From assembly GCF_001194135.2 (NCBI RefSeq), contig NC_068982.1, forward strand, positions 15,071,335-15,135,334: a DNA stretch of 64,000 nt. Reading direction: 5' to 3'. This document shows positions 43,301 through 55,135 of the stretch, piece after piece. The position numbers and the translations under genes are program-made. Every line of letters begins with the position of its first letter. The first letter of the stretch is position 1. The notes beneath the pieces were generated by a model. The model had not been told where the DNA came from. It did not search any database and saw nothing but the letters and a program-made list of their open reading frames with translations. This DNA comes from Octopus bimaculoides (taxonomy: Eukaryota).

Positions 43301-46300
43301 CTTTGTTAAACCTTGCCAACAGACTCAGCTGATAAGCTGGATCCATCCTATATATAATAGCTATTCAACATGAAACCCACAAATCATCAATGCATGGATA
43401 TTGGACAAGTGCATGCTGGATGGATTCATCATCCTGCACACATTTCAGACAGGTTTAGATACTAGTGGCTCCAACAAGGCCATGCCTATAGAGTTTATCT
43501 CCTCTATTACTGCCAAGTTTATCTCCTCTATCACTAATAAGTCAAAGACATTTGGAAATAGTTCTTTACCACTGATTGGTAAGTCCTCCAGATGAGTCTA
43601 TTCAGACTGCCTCTGTGCAACACTAGAGTCACTCTCAGGCCACCATCACTAATATCCTTCCCTAACTCACTATAGCAAGGGATGCTGTACTCTGCCCTAT
43701 GGTCAGTGAGTAGACCATAGTGAGTACCTGGCTACATTGCTTCTCACTTTGGCACAAGGCCTCAGATTTATAGGAAGGGTATAATTGATTGCATTGACCC
43801 CAACACTTGATTTGTAACTTCATTTTATCAACCCCTACAGATGTACAGAAGGATGAAGAGTAAAACTGACCTTTAAGGGATTTGACTCAGAACATAAAGA
43901 AACATAACTAAAAAAAAAATGCACTCTAACAATTTTAGCAACTCACAAGGACGCTAAGCTAATTTTGTTGGGGAGACTACGTCATCATCATCATCGTTTA
44001 ATATCCACTTTTCATACAAGCATGGGTGGGATGGTTCCTTTCTATTTCCTTGTTGCAAACAGAAGATGGCTATTTTCTTGGATACCCTTACAGGTTTATT
44101 AATAACTTTGATCAGAATATAAAGATTCTATAAAAATTAAGGTCATTTCCAGAATTGCTTAAAGATTTAGCAGCACTGAGTAGAGTATTCCGTCTTAAGG
44201 ATTCAGCAATGAACGTAAATTTGATGGAAATAAAGATAAAGTTAGAGGGAACATCAACAGAGATTTTAAAGCTTACATAAACATTTATATGTCTGATCAG
44301 ATTATCAATATATGACAGCCAAATTTTACTCTACAATTTATCACCCTTCTGTCTGTAAAACTAGGGCTAAAACAACAATTTTTTAACATGCAAAAGATAT
44401 ATTCAAAATGATCCTAGCTTTGCTGACCAAATTGATAAAGACACCCAAATTTTCAACATATTAAATATTTAATGATTATGACTTTACTGCTAATCAATCT
44501 CATGTGTGGCCACACACTGGAGAAAACATTCAATATATTGTAGCTTAGCAGATGATTAGAAAATTTGGTGTATAAAAGGATTATCAATGCCACTACACAT
44601 CATCTTTATTATCATAATGATGCTTGGAACTTCATAAATTAATCAGAGAGCGTCTATGTAGGTACTTGAATTGCTAGAAATAGCAACCAAATTTATCTCA
44701 AATGACATCCTAACAAATTGGAAGGATACACAGAATAGGTTTGTCCTAGATACAATGTTTCTGAAAATGAAGGCATGATCCCAGCTGCCTGTGGTTATAA
44801 GTCTGATCAGTCATAGATGACCTGGTGCTAAACAACGCAAAACCTTAAGAAGGGCAGCCCTAAAGACTAATACACATGACATTTGGAAGAGCCATAATAT
44901 AAAGAGTGCAACAAAGCAGACTCAATATTATTCAGCAGGAAGGCAAGGTGGCATATTGATGTACTAAAGAAGTATTATTGTGTATTAAGTATATAGCAGG
45001 TTGATTTTAGTGATCCAATTACATTGCTACATATACAGGTGTCAATCAAAAGACTGTAATACAATCAACAAACACAAAGATTATCAGCACAATTTTTACC
45101 TTTTATCATTTTGATGTCATACTTTTTTCACCTGAGCCAAGCAAACAGAACATAAAACACATGTAAATGTTTTCAGTGAAATCCTTCAAGGGACACTTAT
45201 GGGTCATGATTGGGCTATGGATTCACAATATTTAGCAAATGAAATAACAATCTTCAATAAATAAAATAGCAGTCATCAGTGAATGAACTGCCCACGTGAT
45301 CTGGTACCCATTCCTGATAGTAAGATCACGTGAAATATATAGAATTTAGTTTGCCCAAGTGCAACATATTTCAGTGGATCTTAAATCAAAATCTATGATT
45401 GTCCGTTATTTATATCTATTTAACCATTTTGCTTGTATAGTTAAAAATAGCTTTATCCCCTCCTCTTTATGGTTGAATAGCTGTCGTCAAGAATTTGTAT
45501 TTAGTTGTAAAATTCCTTCAAACTGCCTGAAATAGCAACAACATGTTTCTTGTATCATACCCAGCCTTGGTAAAGAAAGAAAGACATACTGGATAATGAT
45601 GAAGAACTAGAAGCTTAGACAAATACTAGCTTGAAAGAGAAGAAAAAGTAGACTTGTTAATGTTACAGTGTCTTTAATCGAAGGGCTAGTTGATCAGAGC
45701 TGACCGGGGCTTTAACAACAACACAAGTTTAATCTATGTCAGCATTTTAAAATGTTTGTTTTGATATATACCATAATCATCGTTTAACGTCCGCTTTATA
45801 TGCTGGCATGAGTTGGACGGTTGACTGAGGACTGGCAAGCTAGAAGGCTGCACCAAGCTCCAATCTGAACTAGCATATATATATATATATATTATAGTGG
45901 TAGCTAGAGTAAGAACATCAGTGTTGAACGTGTTAGTGTAAGTGTACTTAGAAACTGATTAAGACAGCTACGAGAGAACAACTTTATAAATATTACCAAT
46001 TGATGGAGAATGTGTAACAGCTTCTCTCTTAAAGGTGTCACAAAAATGTATTCTGAAATATCTTCTTTAAAATCTGATATTACCTGAACATTGCATAATT
46101 TATGGTAAGTTAGGGAGTCAGGTGCTTTAAGTTCAGAGGTTGAACTTATTTCATACAATTCTATATATATATAAAAGTTTTAGGTAATCAAAAGTAACTA
46201 ATTATTCATAAAACGAATCAACTAAATACTTTATAATTGAGCATCTGGTATATTATTACTAGTTAAACATTTTTTCATTTCGGTTAATTTTTAAAAAATT

Positions 46301-48325
46301 GAATTTAAAAAATTAGAAAAACCAAATCAATAACGTTCAAGAAATTCAGGCAAATATACATTAATACACGCGCACACAACTGCATATATAAGTATATAAG
46401 CATATACATACACATGTGTACATGATTGCATACATGCATACATACATACATGCATACATAATACATATTCATGTTTGTAAATATCACTAAAGATATCTAA
46501 TTTTATTAAAATTTCCATTGTAGTTCATGTCTATGAAACGATTTCTCTCTATGAAATAGTTTTAAATGATGTGTGATATATTACTAACAATCCCCCACCT
46601 CACAGGAGCTTAAAGAATCGCTTCCAAGAAATTACGATGTCAGTTAATTTACAGGCGAAAATAAAATTAAATAAAGTCCAAAATTCGAAAACTCATTCAG
46701 AACACGATCACATCTGTTTAGCATTACTAACAAGTAATTTGATTTGATAATTATAGAAATTTGAAAATTCTAATCGATTAATCAACACAAGAACTAATTC
46801 TCTCTAAAATAATGGTTCGAACATTATCCAAACAAATTTTGGACAAAGTGGAAGAGACTGCCAACATATATAAGGACAGACAGCACAAAGAGAACCGAGC
46901 ATATGTAAAAAGTAAAATAGTAAAAATCTGATTATAGTCACACTCAACTACGAAGAACATGACCGAAAGTTGAGCTTGATGTAAGCGGAGTAAAAGAGTG
47001 AAATTAGAGAAAAAAAATCGCTCTATAGGAAAAATGTGATAGTAGCCAAAGTATGACCAAAAGCGGAACGATTGAATGAAAGTCGAATAAATATTTTTCC
47101 GATAAAAATTCCATAGCAATAGTTAAAGTAATGAACGAGACAAGTTGAAAAGACATTTAATAGAACCACTGCTTTCTATAGCTGTCTCGTGATTTTAAAT
47201 CCTGCTAGTAGATTGTAAATCCTGAAAATGCAACTAACTAGACGATAAATTTTAGGATAGACTTTTCTTATATATCAAATGTATTCATTCTAGTATATAA
47301 AATTACTGATCGCTATTACAGGAGAGAAAGGGTGTGTTTCGACATTAGAAAGCAATCTAAATGTATACGATCTACAACTGAACATAAAATAGGTATCTTT
47401 TCTAAGTGGCATTTATTATAACAAAGAATTATAAACAAAAGAATTTTGGTAAAAACGGTGGGAGGTAGGGAGGGGGGAATGTTTCCATAATTGGAGCCAT
47501 GGATCGATATTGTGTTAGCTAGTAGATAGTCTAAAATAAATAATTCTTGGTTGTAATATTCAAAAGCACACACACACACACATTATATATATATGATAAA
47601 CTAAGGCTTCATTGCGTAATGAATGAGTGTGAACTGGAGTTGGATTAGAAATAACAAACGCTAATAAAACGAAGTAGAATGCAAAGTGATTGAGAATATA
47701 TCAAGAGGTACCAAATTCTAAATATAAATACAAATTCCCATGTCATCCTGGTCATGAAATAGGAATACTTTAAGGGAATTTATATTACATACAATTCTTT
47801 TAATTTCACAAAGGTGTACAAATAACATTGCAGTCTATAATGGTATGCATTTAACATACATTCTCTACATCATGCACGCGCACGTACACACATACAAACA
47901 TATACATACAAATACATTTACATACATATACACACATACATACATACATACACAATACACAATACATACATACATACACACACAATACATACATCCATTC
48001 ATTCATTCATTCATTCATTTTTTTTTTTTTAATGTTTCTTTTCAACTTGTTAATAAATAAATAAGGGTACAAGGGATTTTTTTACCTGCATGACAGTCTG
48101 CATAGAGCTACCTGGCACCGATGGATCCTTGAAATAAATTTGCTTGCTCGTTACCATGGAGCCGTCAAGAGAAGCTGTCACGATGTCAACCAGAGTTTTG
48201 TGTACGATTCCATAACGAACAGAGCTTTCGGACAGAAGCACTTGTACAGTCAAGTTATTACTAAGTAAAGAAGCACTGTGCTTAGATTTCAGAGACTTTT
48301 CTTTCTTGTATAGTTCGGTACTCAT
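27625..48325 (-). CDS. WDR54: WD repeat-containing protein 54, 9 exons, 332 aa
   Basis: complement join(48086-48325,41245-41310,39313-39373,37525-37581,36106-36183,34119-34254,31166-31328,29230-29295,27625-27756) = 999 nt, GT-AG introns, open frame. Motifs match recalled WDR54: SASLLSNNL, TAQRGIQ, MRGIAA, GGYGSGHL, AHTRWINAVD, VLSAGEDSFVRLW, CTAYD. Confidence 0.92.
28160..28830 (-). mobile_element. RTE-tail element with an expanded VNTR
   Basis: (ATC)n tail at about 28165, conserved core, internal 66-bp array. Confidence 0.85.
28323..28620. repeat. 66-bp tandem array, about 4.5 copies
   Basis: ggtgcttttt recurs at 28323, 28389, 28455, 28521 and 28587; this explains the 22-aa-repeat ORFs in the track. 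Confidence 0.95.
29605..29806 (-). repeat. Identical 202-bp direct duplicate of WDR54 exon 7 (3' 124 nt) plus donor and 78 nt of intron
   Basis: No differences seen against 31088-31289. Confidence 0.95.
32562..33135 (-). mobile_element. RTE-like LINE 3' end: ORF2 C-terminus, VNTR-containing 3' UTR and (GAT)n tail
   Basis: Minus strand GTCGRGRPRKTWDEV...DLWRYAVLEKT remnants run into the same tail shared by many short copies. Confidence 0.75.
33864..34097 (+). mobile_element. Full-length tRNA-headed SINE (family C, Meta/Deu-like central domain) with 16-bp TSD
   Basis: B box gagttcaaattcc, central ctttcatcctttcggggtcaataaattaagtaccag, TSD agaaatcaataattta at 33848-33863 and 34098-34113. Other copies at about 13255-13490-, 39015-39231-, 24620-24830- and 10520-10730-. 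Confidence 0.88.
34905..35547 (+). mobile_element. Long RTE 3' UTR copy with subrepeats and (GAT)n tail
   Basis: gcgaagacctgttg repeats, aaaagcaccat subrepeats, and the conserved gagtggttggcgttaggaagggcatccagctgtag...gcggacattaaat(gat)n end. Confidence 0.8.
36401..36483. repeat. 28-bp tandem repeat, 3 copies
   Basis: taaaatgtgaggtacatcactctacata at 36401, 36429 and 36457. Confidence 0.9.
37988..38336 (+). mobile_element. Tc1/mariner transposase C-terminal fragment with right TIR
   Basis: PSSSPNINLMDFSIWSILE...AMIKAKGGHFEV*; the end reads ggacaccctgta. Confidence 0.85.
40560..40941. mobile_element. Tc1/mariner-like MITE with four internal 85-bp tandem units
   Basis: TIRs cagggtgtccacaaagtctgggtacatgg / ccatgtacccagactttgtggacaccctg; units start at 40579, 40664, 40749 and 40834. 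Confidence 0.9.
42352..42724 (-). mobile_element. Second HINE-like copy
   Basis: Reverse complement of 21884-22252. Confidence 0.7.
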
Positions 48326-48886
48326 GTTGGCAAAACGATTAGAAAAGCTCACAGATCTCTAATGAAAACCTGGAACATTCCTAACCAACGTCTTCACACA
48401 ACTTCCACTGTTTCTTCTTATTGTTTCAATATATATAAATATATATATATATATATTTATATGTATGTATATAGCACTGAATGTAGTTATGTAGTACCTC
48501 GGCAATTTGACACAATCAATGCATTAATTAATATTCTGCAACAGGGAATATCAGTAATAAAGATTACACAAAGTTGATTGCAGACACATCACAAGAGCGA
48601 TTGTTGTTGTTGTTGTTGTTAACAGTGCATATGACCCAACTGCAACTACACAAGCGACACATTACTTGCAAAATAGAAATTAATTTATGAGTTCCATTAT
48701 TATTATTTTCTTAGCATCAAATTTAATTAACAGAGATATAGATATTTTAACCGAATGTCTTGCTATGAATTTAAAATTTAAATATCTCGTTATGATTTTA
48801 AAATTAAATGATATTAAGGCTGAAATATTTTGTTTTATTTTGCAGTACATAAGCGGTTAAAATTAAAAGTTGCTCTGAATTATAAG
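48326..48886. promoter_or_regulatory. Putative bidirectional promoter and 5' UTR interval between WDR54 and FAM204A
   Basis: Divergent ATGs only 561 nt apart. No transposon was recognised in the interval, which contains (TA)n and (TTG)n tracts. Confidence 0.6.
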
Positions 48887-51800
48887 ATGGAGAAACCAGC
48901 AAGTGTTCGCACCGACCTGTGGGAGGTATTTGTCAAATGCTTTTTTATTCACTTCATTAAACCTTTTTTTAAAATAAATCATCAGTTATAAATTACTTTG
49001 AAAGTATTAATAAATTCTAAGATGCATTTTTGTGGACTGGTTTTAAGTTTAAATTTTTGCCGATCGTAAGCAAAACATTTTAATATTAAACAGATACGAG
49101 GTAGGTTTTCACTTAATTATTTCTTAGTGTCCCGAATAATGGGATGTATTTTCACATAATTTATGATAAAATGAATTCATCATGAAATATGAAATGTATT
49201 AACTATAGAAAGATGGCATTCCTTTCCTAGCCATTAGAACTGTAGATATATAAACTCCTGACTTTGTTTCTTTATAACTTTCTGACAAACGCATATTTTA
49301 TTTTTTAATAATATATTTCACAAATATTTTTCAGATGGTGTAGATTATTATATCAAAATTTAATATGAAAATTTTCCTTTTTTTTAGTTTCTTTTTTCTT
49401 TTTCGTTTGGGTGGGGACAGAAAATTCACACCCCATCAAAATCTGTAGAAAGAAAATAAATCGAGGTGTGTAGATTATCCGACCCCCCCCCCACCTCCAA
49501 CTTTGTTTTTCCACATCAGATTCATACTCTACATCATCTGAAACGTATTTGTAGAAAATTCTATTTTAAAATATCCATTTTTCAGAAAGTTACAGAAACC
49601 AAATCATGGGTGTTGAATTGTCCGAAATCCCACATACACATACGCCTCTGAAATTTTTTTCCCTAATTTCCTTATGATCATAATCTATCAGAAACGTATT
49701 TGAAAAAATATCCATTTTTCAGAAAGTTATGAAGAAACGAAATCAGTACCAGTGGGGTATATATATATATGAAGTTATGCCAAATTTTTATGGTCGATTA
49801 GCCAAGGTTTAAAAAAAAAAATTCAATGAAACTAAAGATATCTTCAACGAATAAAGAAACTACTGTTTTATAACCTGTACTAATCTTAACTTTAAATAAA
49901 AATAAAATGTCTATTATACAAATGTAGATTTGGCATTAGGGATGTGAAGTTCATTTGAAATCAGTTCATTTATCTTATAATATAATAATTCATATATAAT
50001 GGTTTAATCTGGTGGAAGAGGCTGGACCCAGGCCCTTCACAGGCCCCAGGAAGCATGATGTCAATATGGTTGCTCTTAATATAGACAGGGAGAGAATTCT
50101 GGAGAAGAGTGGATGTAATGGTTAATGCAGACTCTAGTGGAGTGGGTGGTGTGTACCATAAGTGATGAAGGGGAGATATCATCATCAACTTCGTAATCAT
50201 CATATAATATCTGTTTTCTGTACTGGCATAGATTGGAGAGTTTACCAGATTTGGCAAGCTGGAGAGCTGGACCAGGTTTCAGTCTAATTGGCTTGGTTTC
50301 TACAGCTGGAAGCCCTTCCTAATGCCAAACACTTGCCTGACTGTGAAAATAGCTTCTGTAGTGCTTCTTCCCATGACAAAGCCAAACTGCATTTCATCTG
50401 GTCTAATTATGTTCCCAGTTAATTGGGTTATAACTCTCTCTCTGTAAGTTTCATCTCCTGGGCTAGCAATTTGATGCCTTTATAATTACATCTATCTAAG
50501 GCATCTCCCTTACCTTTGTAGTAGCTGACTATAATGCTACTACACCAGTCACTGGAGATTACACCTTCCTGAGTAATCTTATTATCCCTGTGAGTGACTA
50601 ACCCTGGAGAGATAAGTGAGTCAAATAGAGGTAGTGTGTAACCAGCCAACTCAGAATGGTAGAAACCATTGTAAAGGCCAGTCAGGCCGTTGCCAGTACC
50701 GCCTGACTGGCCTTCGTAGGATTTTCGAGCGAGATCGTTGCCAGTGCCCCTGGACTGGCTCTTGTGCAGGTGGCACATAAAATATACCATTTTGAGCATG
50801 GCCATTGCCAGTACCGCCTGACTGGCCTTCTTGCGGGTGACATGTAAAAGCACTCACTACACTCTCTGAGTGGTTGACGTTAGGAAGGGCATCCAGCTGT
50901 AGAAACTCTGCCAAATCAGATTGGAGGCTGGTGTTGCCATCCAGTTTCACCAGTCCTCAGTCAAATCGTCCAACCCATGCTAGCATGGAAAGCGGACGTT
51001 AAACGATGATGGTGATGATGATGTTGATGATGATGATGCAGTCTTGGATGTCAGGGTGTGTTGCAATACCACTATTTGAATATCTCACACAGCTCTTATG
51101 GCACTTTAACTGAGTTTTGAAGCAGTTGTTTGACATTCAAATGTCCAAGTGATATATCTTGACTTCACAAAGGCTTTGATAAGGTAGACCATGATATGAT
51201 ATACCACACACTGCCAGACATTGGCATAGCTGATAAACTGGGAGAGTGGCTACATTATTTCCTACAAGATAAAAGTCAGTTGCAGGCAGTGGTGGTCTCT
51301 TTAAGGAAACACAAATTATGAGTGGTTATGCCCATGATACAAAATTATGACAATAAAGAGCCGTGACGATGCCGCAAGATTACAAGTCAATAGACAAGCA
51401 GGTTGAGGAAAACAACATGTAGGTTGATGCTGGAAAATTTCAAACACTGTGCAATCAGCTCACAAATGCACTACAGCCTGCATATACAAGACCTAAAAGC
51501 ATTGCAATCCCTGAGTCATAGACAGTAAGAGTTGAGGATCAATGTGTGTAATGATGCATTATTTCATATACACATTACCAGAATGCAGACAGTTGGCAGG
51601 GTGGATACTAAGGTCCTTCAAGACAAAAAACCATGTTGGTCCTTTGGAGGACCTTTGTTCCCAACCACCTGGGCTACTGCTCTTAACTATGGTCACCACA
51701 TAGTGCCAAACTAACAGCGGAGCTTGAAGCAATCCAATGCTACTACACTAAAAAGATTGTAACAGTGCAACAGGTGAATTACAGGGAGAGGCTGAAAAAA

Positions 51801-52565
51801 AACTACGGCTTTATTCCCTGGAGCAAAGAGATATGTTATAATCTATATATGGAAAATTATGGAAGGGTTAGTACCTGGTCATTCTCCTGTTGATGATAAC
51901 ATTGAACCAACATGCCAGCCTGAAGTACAGATGAGAGCAGCAGTGTCAGATCCCCTCATGCACCAGATGGGCCAACAAGCAAAGGGGTGGGGAAACCACA
52001 TGCAGGAGTGGTAGTATGAAATCCCACTACCCAGAAGAAATTAGCTAAACAACAAAGATGTGGAAAAAGTGCAAAATCACAGTGATGCTTCAGCACGATT
52101 GCAGCTGTATATATATATNNNNNNNNNNNNNNNNNNNNNNNNNNNNNNNNNNNNNNNNNNNNNNNNNNNNNNNNNNNNNNNNNNNNNNNNNNNNNNNNNN
52201 NNNNNNNNNNNNNNNNNNNNNNNNNNNNNNNNNNNNNNNNNNNNNNNNNNNNNNNNNNNNNNNNNNNNNNNNNNNNNNNNNNNNNNNNNNNNNNNNNNNN
52301 NNNNNNNNNNNNNNNNNNNNNNNNNNNNNNNNNNNNNNNNNNNNNNNNNNNNNNNNNNNNNNNNNNNNNNNNNNNNNNNNNNNNNNNNNNNNNNNNNNNN
52401 NNNNNNNNNNNNNNNNNNNNNNNNNNNNNNNNNNNNNNNNNNNNNNNNNNNNNNNNNNNNNNNNNNNNNNNNNNNNNNNNNNNNNNNNNNNNNNNNNNNN
52501 NNNNNNNNNNNNNNNNNNNNNNNNNNNNNNNNNNNNNNNNNNNNNNNNNNNNNNNNNNNNNNNNN

Positions 52566-52609
<44 letters not shown>

Positions 52610-54736
52610 TACATATGCAGTATTTCATCTAAGGGAGGTCCCTCTGAGGATATGTTAAAAAACACTATATACTTGAAAGTTAGGCGAAAAAAGTTGCCCT
52701 GGAAATGATCAAGGATGACAGATATCAATATTTTGCAGTTTTTGCTGCTCATTGGTGTTGTGCACTTACCTCACTCCTGAAACGAATTTGAAATAGCCAA
52801 TAGAAGAAGTATCTTTTATTTCTTTCAGTCATTAGATTGTGGCCATACTGGGGCACCACCTTATTTATAAGATATGTCTGTCTTGTAAAAGATCTAAATA
52901 ACTTGATGGTCTTTGTTATCATGCTGAAGATTTTAATTTTTTTTGATTAAATGTTTTTTTGGTACATCTTTTCTTTATTTTTTATTGTTTTGTTTATGGT
53001 AATAGACATCACAAAGTCATAATTGAAATTCCTTATCATTCCCAGAAATTTAAAAGGCTGGAAAAGAAAACAGATGGTTTATTGAATAAACATTCAAAAT
53101 CAAATGTCAAAACTTCAGAAGTTGACAAGAAAGGTGAAGTACTGCTTTTCAAATTTGATCAGTGAAATAGTTTTCAAAACATTTTTAGCTTCTTTTTATG
53201 TTTTGTTTTCAAACTTTTATTTTATTTATTTATTTATTATTATTTTTTTTCTTTAATTTAGAGGATGGAAGTAAAAAGCTCCTGGATTCCTCCATTACTT
53301 CTCAGAAAAATGTAAATTCTCTTGAAGTAAAACCTTCAACTGATAATGAAGAAATTAAAAACTGTAAAACGTAAGTTTACTTAATAATTTTTCTGGCTGT
53401 GTGGTAAGTAGCTTGCTTACCAACCACATGGTTCCGGGTTCATTCCCACTGCGTGGCATCTTGGCCAAGTGTCTTCTACTATAGCCTCAGGCCGACCAAA
53501 GCTTGTGAGTGGATTTGGTAGATGGAAACTGAAAGAAGCCTGTCGTGTATATACATATGTGTATGTGTGTGTGTCTATGTTTGTGTGTCTGTTTGTCCCC
53601 CCAACATGAATTTTCCTTGTGGGTTCATGAAATTTTTTTGAAGATTATCTCAAAATTTCTTCAACCAAGTAGACTTGAGGTAAAAGAAAACCATGGTTGC
53701 CACTTAATCAAAACATTGGACCTTCAAAAAAACTAGACTGTGTTTATTTCTAGTTGATCCATTGCTTCTACTCAAATATAAAGCAGATGTGAAATAAATC
53801 CCAGTAATTTTCTCAGAGAAAATTGAAGCTAATGCAGAAATGACTTATTCAGTGATTCTATTCCTTCCTGTAGGTGATTGTTTCAATCTAGGTGAACTGA
53901 AACATTGAGAATAAAATAGTTTTGTTTGAGATACAATACACTATAGATGATGGGTTATGAACCATTGGCATACAACTAACTTATCTGCTGACCTCTTCAA
54001 CTGATATTCCTGAAGTTTTCATATTCTCTGGATGGAAGCTTGATGTCATATACTCGAAAACAGAGTCAAATGTTCTCTCCTTTCACTCATAATTGTATCT
54101 GTATTTTATTTGTTTCAATTTTTTTTTTTCCCCAGATCAAACTCTGACGATGCTGACTGTGAGCATGAATGGAATGATTTAAAACAATATCTTGATGTGA
54201 ACAGTCATTTACAATACAACCCTGTTTCCTCATCAGCTCCTAAATCTGGTTTGGAGAAGCAAATTAATGAAGCTATAGCAAGTGGAGACTTTGAAACAGC
54301 AGAAACGCTTAGTGACAAATTAGCAAAAAGGGAGGTAATTATCTTAGACTTCCTTTGATGTTTTAATTCAATGTTATTTGATCACTGGTACAAATATTTA
54401 ACATTCTTTTATTTTGAGAAATTATCTTTTCTAAGCTCTTCCATCTACTTCAGCTGTTGGCACCTTTTATAAGCAACTCACAATATGTGCAACGTGCATT
54501 ATTTCACATTTTTGCTTTTAATCATATGATCTATAACCGTGGCTATCTACAACCACTTACTTGCTATTCTGTTATTCTTTCACTGATCTTCGGGTTTTTA
54601 AGGAATTATACCGATTCCAATAATTTTATTGAGCTGGGAGGAAGACGAAAGGTAAAGTCAACTAGGTTTAAAATACCACAAGGTATTTTTGTTCAACACA
54701 TCAGTTTTGGCATACCTTCATATACATACATTGCAT

Positions 54737-54770
<34 letters not shown>

Positions 54771-55094
54771 CTGATGGGTGTCTTTAGTTGTAATCTATAG
54801 AATTTTACTCAAGGCTTTGATTGTCCTGAAATTATTGAACAAGTCACTTGCTACAAAATCTGTGTGCTGGGATTGAACCCAGAATCACATGGTTGCAAAG
54901 TGAACCTCTTAACTATGCAATTGTAATCAAATTATAGGTGCAAGAGTGGCTGTGTGGTAAGTAGCTTGCTTACCAACTACACGGTTCCGGGTTCATTCCC
55001 ACTGCGTGGCACCTTGGGCAGGTGTCTTCTACTATAGCCTTGGGCCGACCAAAGCCTTGTGAGTGGATTTGGCAGACAGAAACTAAAAAGAAGC

Positions 55095-55135
<41 letters not shown>

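Noticed and set aside
43040-43750. GC-richer stretch suggesting a decayed retroelement
   Set aside because: No diagnostic motif could be read with confidence; left unclassified
46778-47119. 113-aa hydrophobic ORF in WDR54 intron 1
   Set aside because: F/I/L/Y-rich composition is expected from AT-rich DNA and no family motif was recognised. A BLASTP search or expression evidence could revive it.
52058-52752. Long ORFs of 180-220 aa
   Set aside because: They consist of N-gap and (TA)n sequence. The same applies to ORFs over the gaps near 21.5, 23.7, 55.3, 61.3 and 63.1 kb.
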